Positions 62,463-64,000 of a stretch of DNA of 64,000 bases are shown here, piece after piece. Position 1 is the stretch's first letter. Each line of letters opens with the position of its first letter. Below the pieces are notes generated by a model. The model searched no databases, had not been told where the DNA came from, and saw only the letters and a list, made by a program, of their open reading frames with translations. The stretch covers positions 14,915,992-14,979,991 of the forward strand of contig NC_057718.1 of NCBI RefSeq assembly GCF_004010195.1, written 5' to 3'. The position numbers were made by a program, and so were the translations under genes. This DNA is from Chiloscyllium plagiosum (lineage: Eukaryota).

Positions 62463-63136
62463 TATTCCTACACATTTTCTTGAACAATTGATGTTTGCAA
62501 GTCTCCAGTCGTCTGGCACCAGCAGAGTCTGAGGAGAATCAAACAATCATGGTCAGTACCTCAGCAACTTTTACCCTAATTTACCTCCGTTTCCTCGCAT
62601 GCAGCTCATTCGGTCCTGGTTGGATGTCAGCTCTAAGTATGAACAGCCTATCAAATAGCCCCTCCATGTCAATTTTAAATGTTTCAAGTCTGAGCTACCT
62701 TCTCTTTTGTTGCAATCAAAAGAAAAAGCAGAAACTCTGACATGTTGAACAATGTTCTAGGTAAAGTAAGCAATAAATCAGGGTTCACTTCAGCTACCAT
62801 CTCGAGAGTATCTGTACGTGTATTCTGTGACATGGTCAAATATACAATTATCACAAACATAAATCTTTGAAGGTGGGCCGAGCAAGTTGATAAGATATAG
62901 AGGATTCCAGGCGTGACACACAAAAGCAAGGAGGTTGTGCAACATCTTTATGAAATTCTGCATAGATTTAAGATGAAGCATTGGGTCCCATCTGGACACA
63001 TACTTTAAGAAAAGATGTTCATAGGGTGCAGAGGAGATCGACTGGAATGGTACCAGGGTGAGACACTCGTTATGTGGAAAGATGAGAGAAGATATGATTG
63101 CTCATCTTAGAATGGAGGAGGTTATGGGCAGAAATT

Positions 63137-63481
63137 ATAGAATCACTACAGTGTGAAAAGAGGCCCCATGGTGTCTACACAAACTCTCCAAAAAACACAT
63201 CGCACAAACCTAACCCCTTCCCATCCCCATAACCCTCCATTTCCAATGGCTAATCCACATAACCTACACATCCCTGGACAGTATGAGCAATTCAGCATGG
63301 TCAATCCACCTAATCTGCACATCTTTGAACAGTGGGAGGAACCAGAGCACCCGAAGGAAACCCAGGCAGACACGGGGAGAACCTACAAACTCCCCACAGA
63401 CAATCACCCAAGGCTGGAATCGAATCCAAGTCCCTAGTGCTGTCAGATAGCAGTGCTAACCACTGAGCCACTGTGCTGCCT
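63137..63481 (-). mobile_element. HE1-type V-SINE inserted in an old CR1 relic (~62800-63810 +)
   Basis: Reverse-complement copy; CR1-like sequence on both sides. Confidence 0.82.
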
Positions 63482-64000
63482 AAAGCATCTTATCAGAGAA
63501 AACAAGAAAAACTATTTCCACTGGCTAATCAATGGACATAGATTTAAGATAATTGGCAAAAGAACCAGAGAGATGAACAGAATTTATTTTTAAAATGCAT
63601 CGGGGATGTGATCTGGGTGAAGGACAGAGGACACTGGAAGCAGATTCAGGAACAACTTTCAAAAACAAACTCGATAAATATTTGAATGGACAAAATTTGA
63701 AGGGCCATGGGGAAAGAACACGGTGGAAAGGGGCTAATTGGATAGCTCTTCCAGTAACTGGCACCGTGGGCTGAATGGCCTTTCTCTGTGCTGTAAGTAT
63801 TCTATGTTAGAAGATCATTGATCTAATTGAGAGCACTGAAAAATACACTGAGAATTTGGAGGAACCTTGTAAAAGCCAAGTCACTCAACAATACTGATAA
63901 TTAGACTATTTTTATAATTGTTCTCTTTCAGGCCTGAACACTTTCCCACCACAAACAAAATAAGACCACAGCGTAATGTGTGGATCCCTAAAGTGCTGAT

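Overview
This window is repeat-rich vertebrate non-coding DNA, very probably from a cartilaginous fish (shark), inferred from HE1/V-type SINEs, CR1/HER1-type LINEs and Deu-domain SINEs. I found no credible host protein-coding exon, so it is probably a large intron or gene desert. Bases ~530-8030 are a 32-bp satellite interrupted by two oppositely oriented, defective Penelope-like retroelements (PLEs). One PLE carries, at a large internal deletion junction, 13 perfect copies of a new 32-bp unit with the same period as the host satellite. The rest of the window holds many SINE, CR1/L2, Tx1, solo-LTR and Tigger relics, plus more than 10 PLE-derived ends with minimal hammerhead-ribozyme motifs. 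It also holds several locally templated duplications, foldbacks and chimeras, and some repeat-free, motif-dense stretches resembling conserved developmental enhancers. All calls were made by eye. Boundaries of old repeats are approximate, and family names come from recognition rather than database search.
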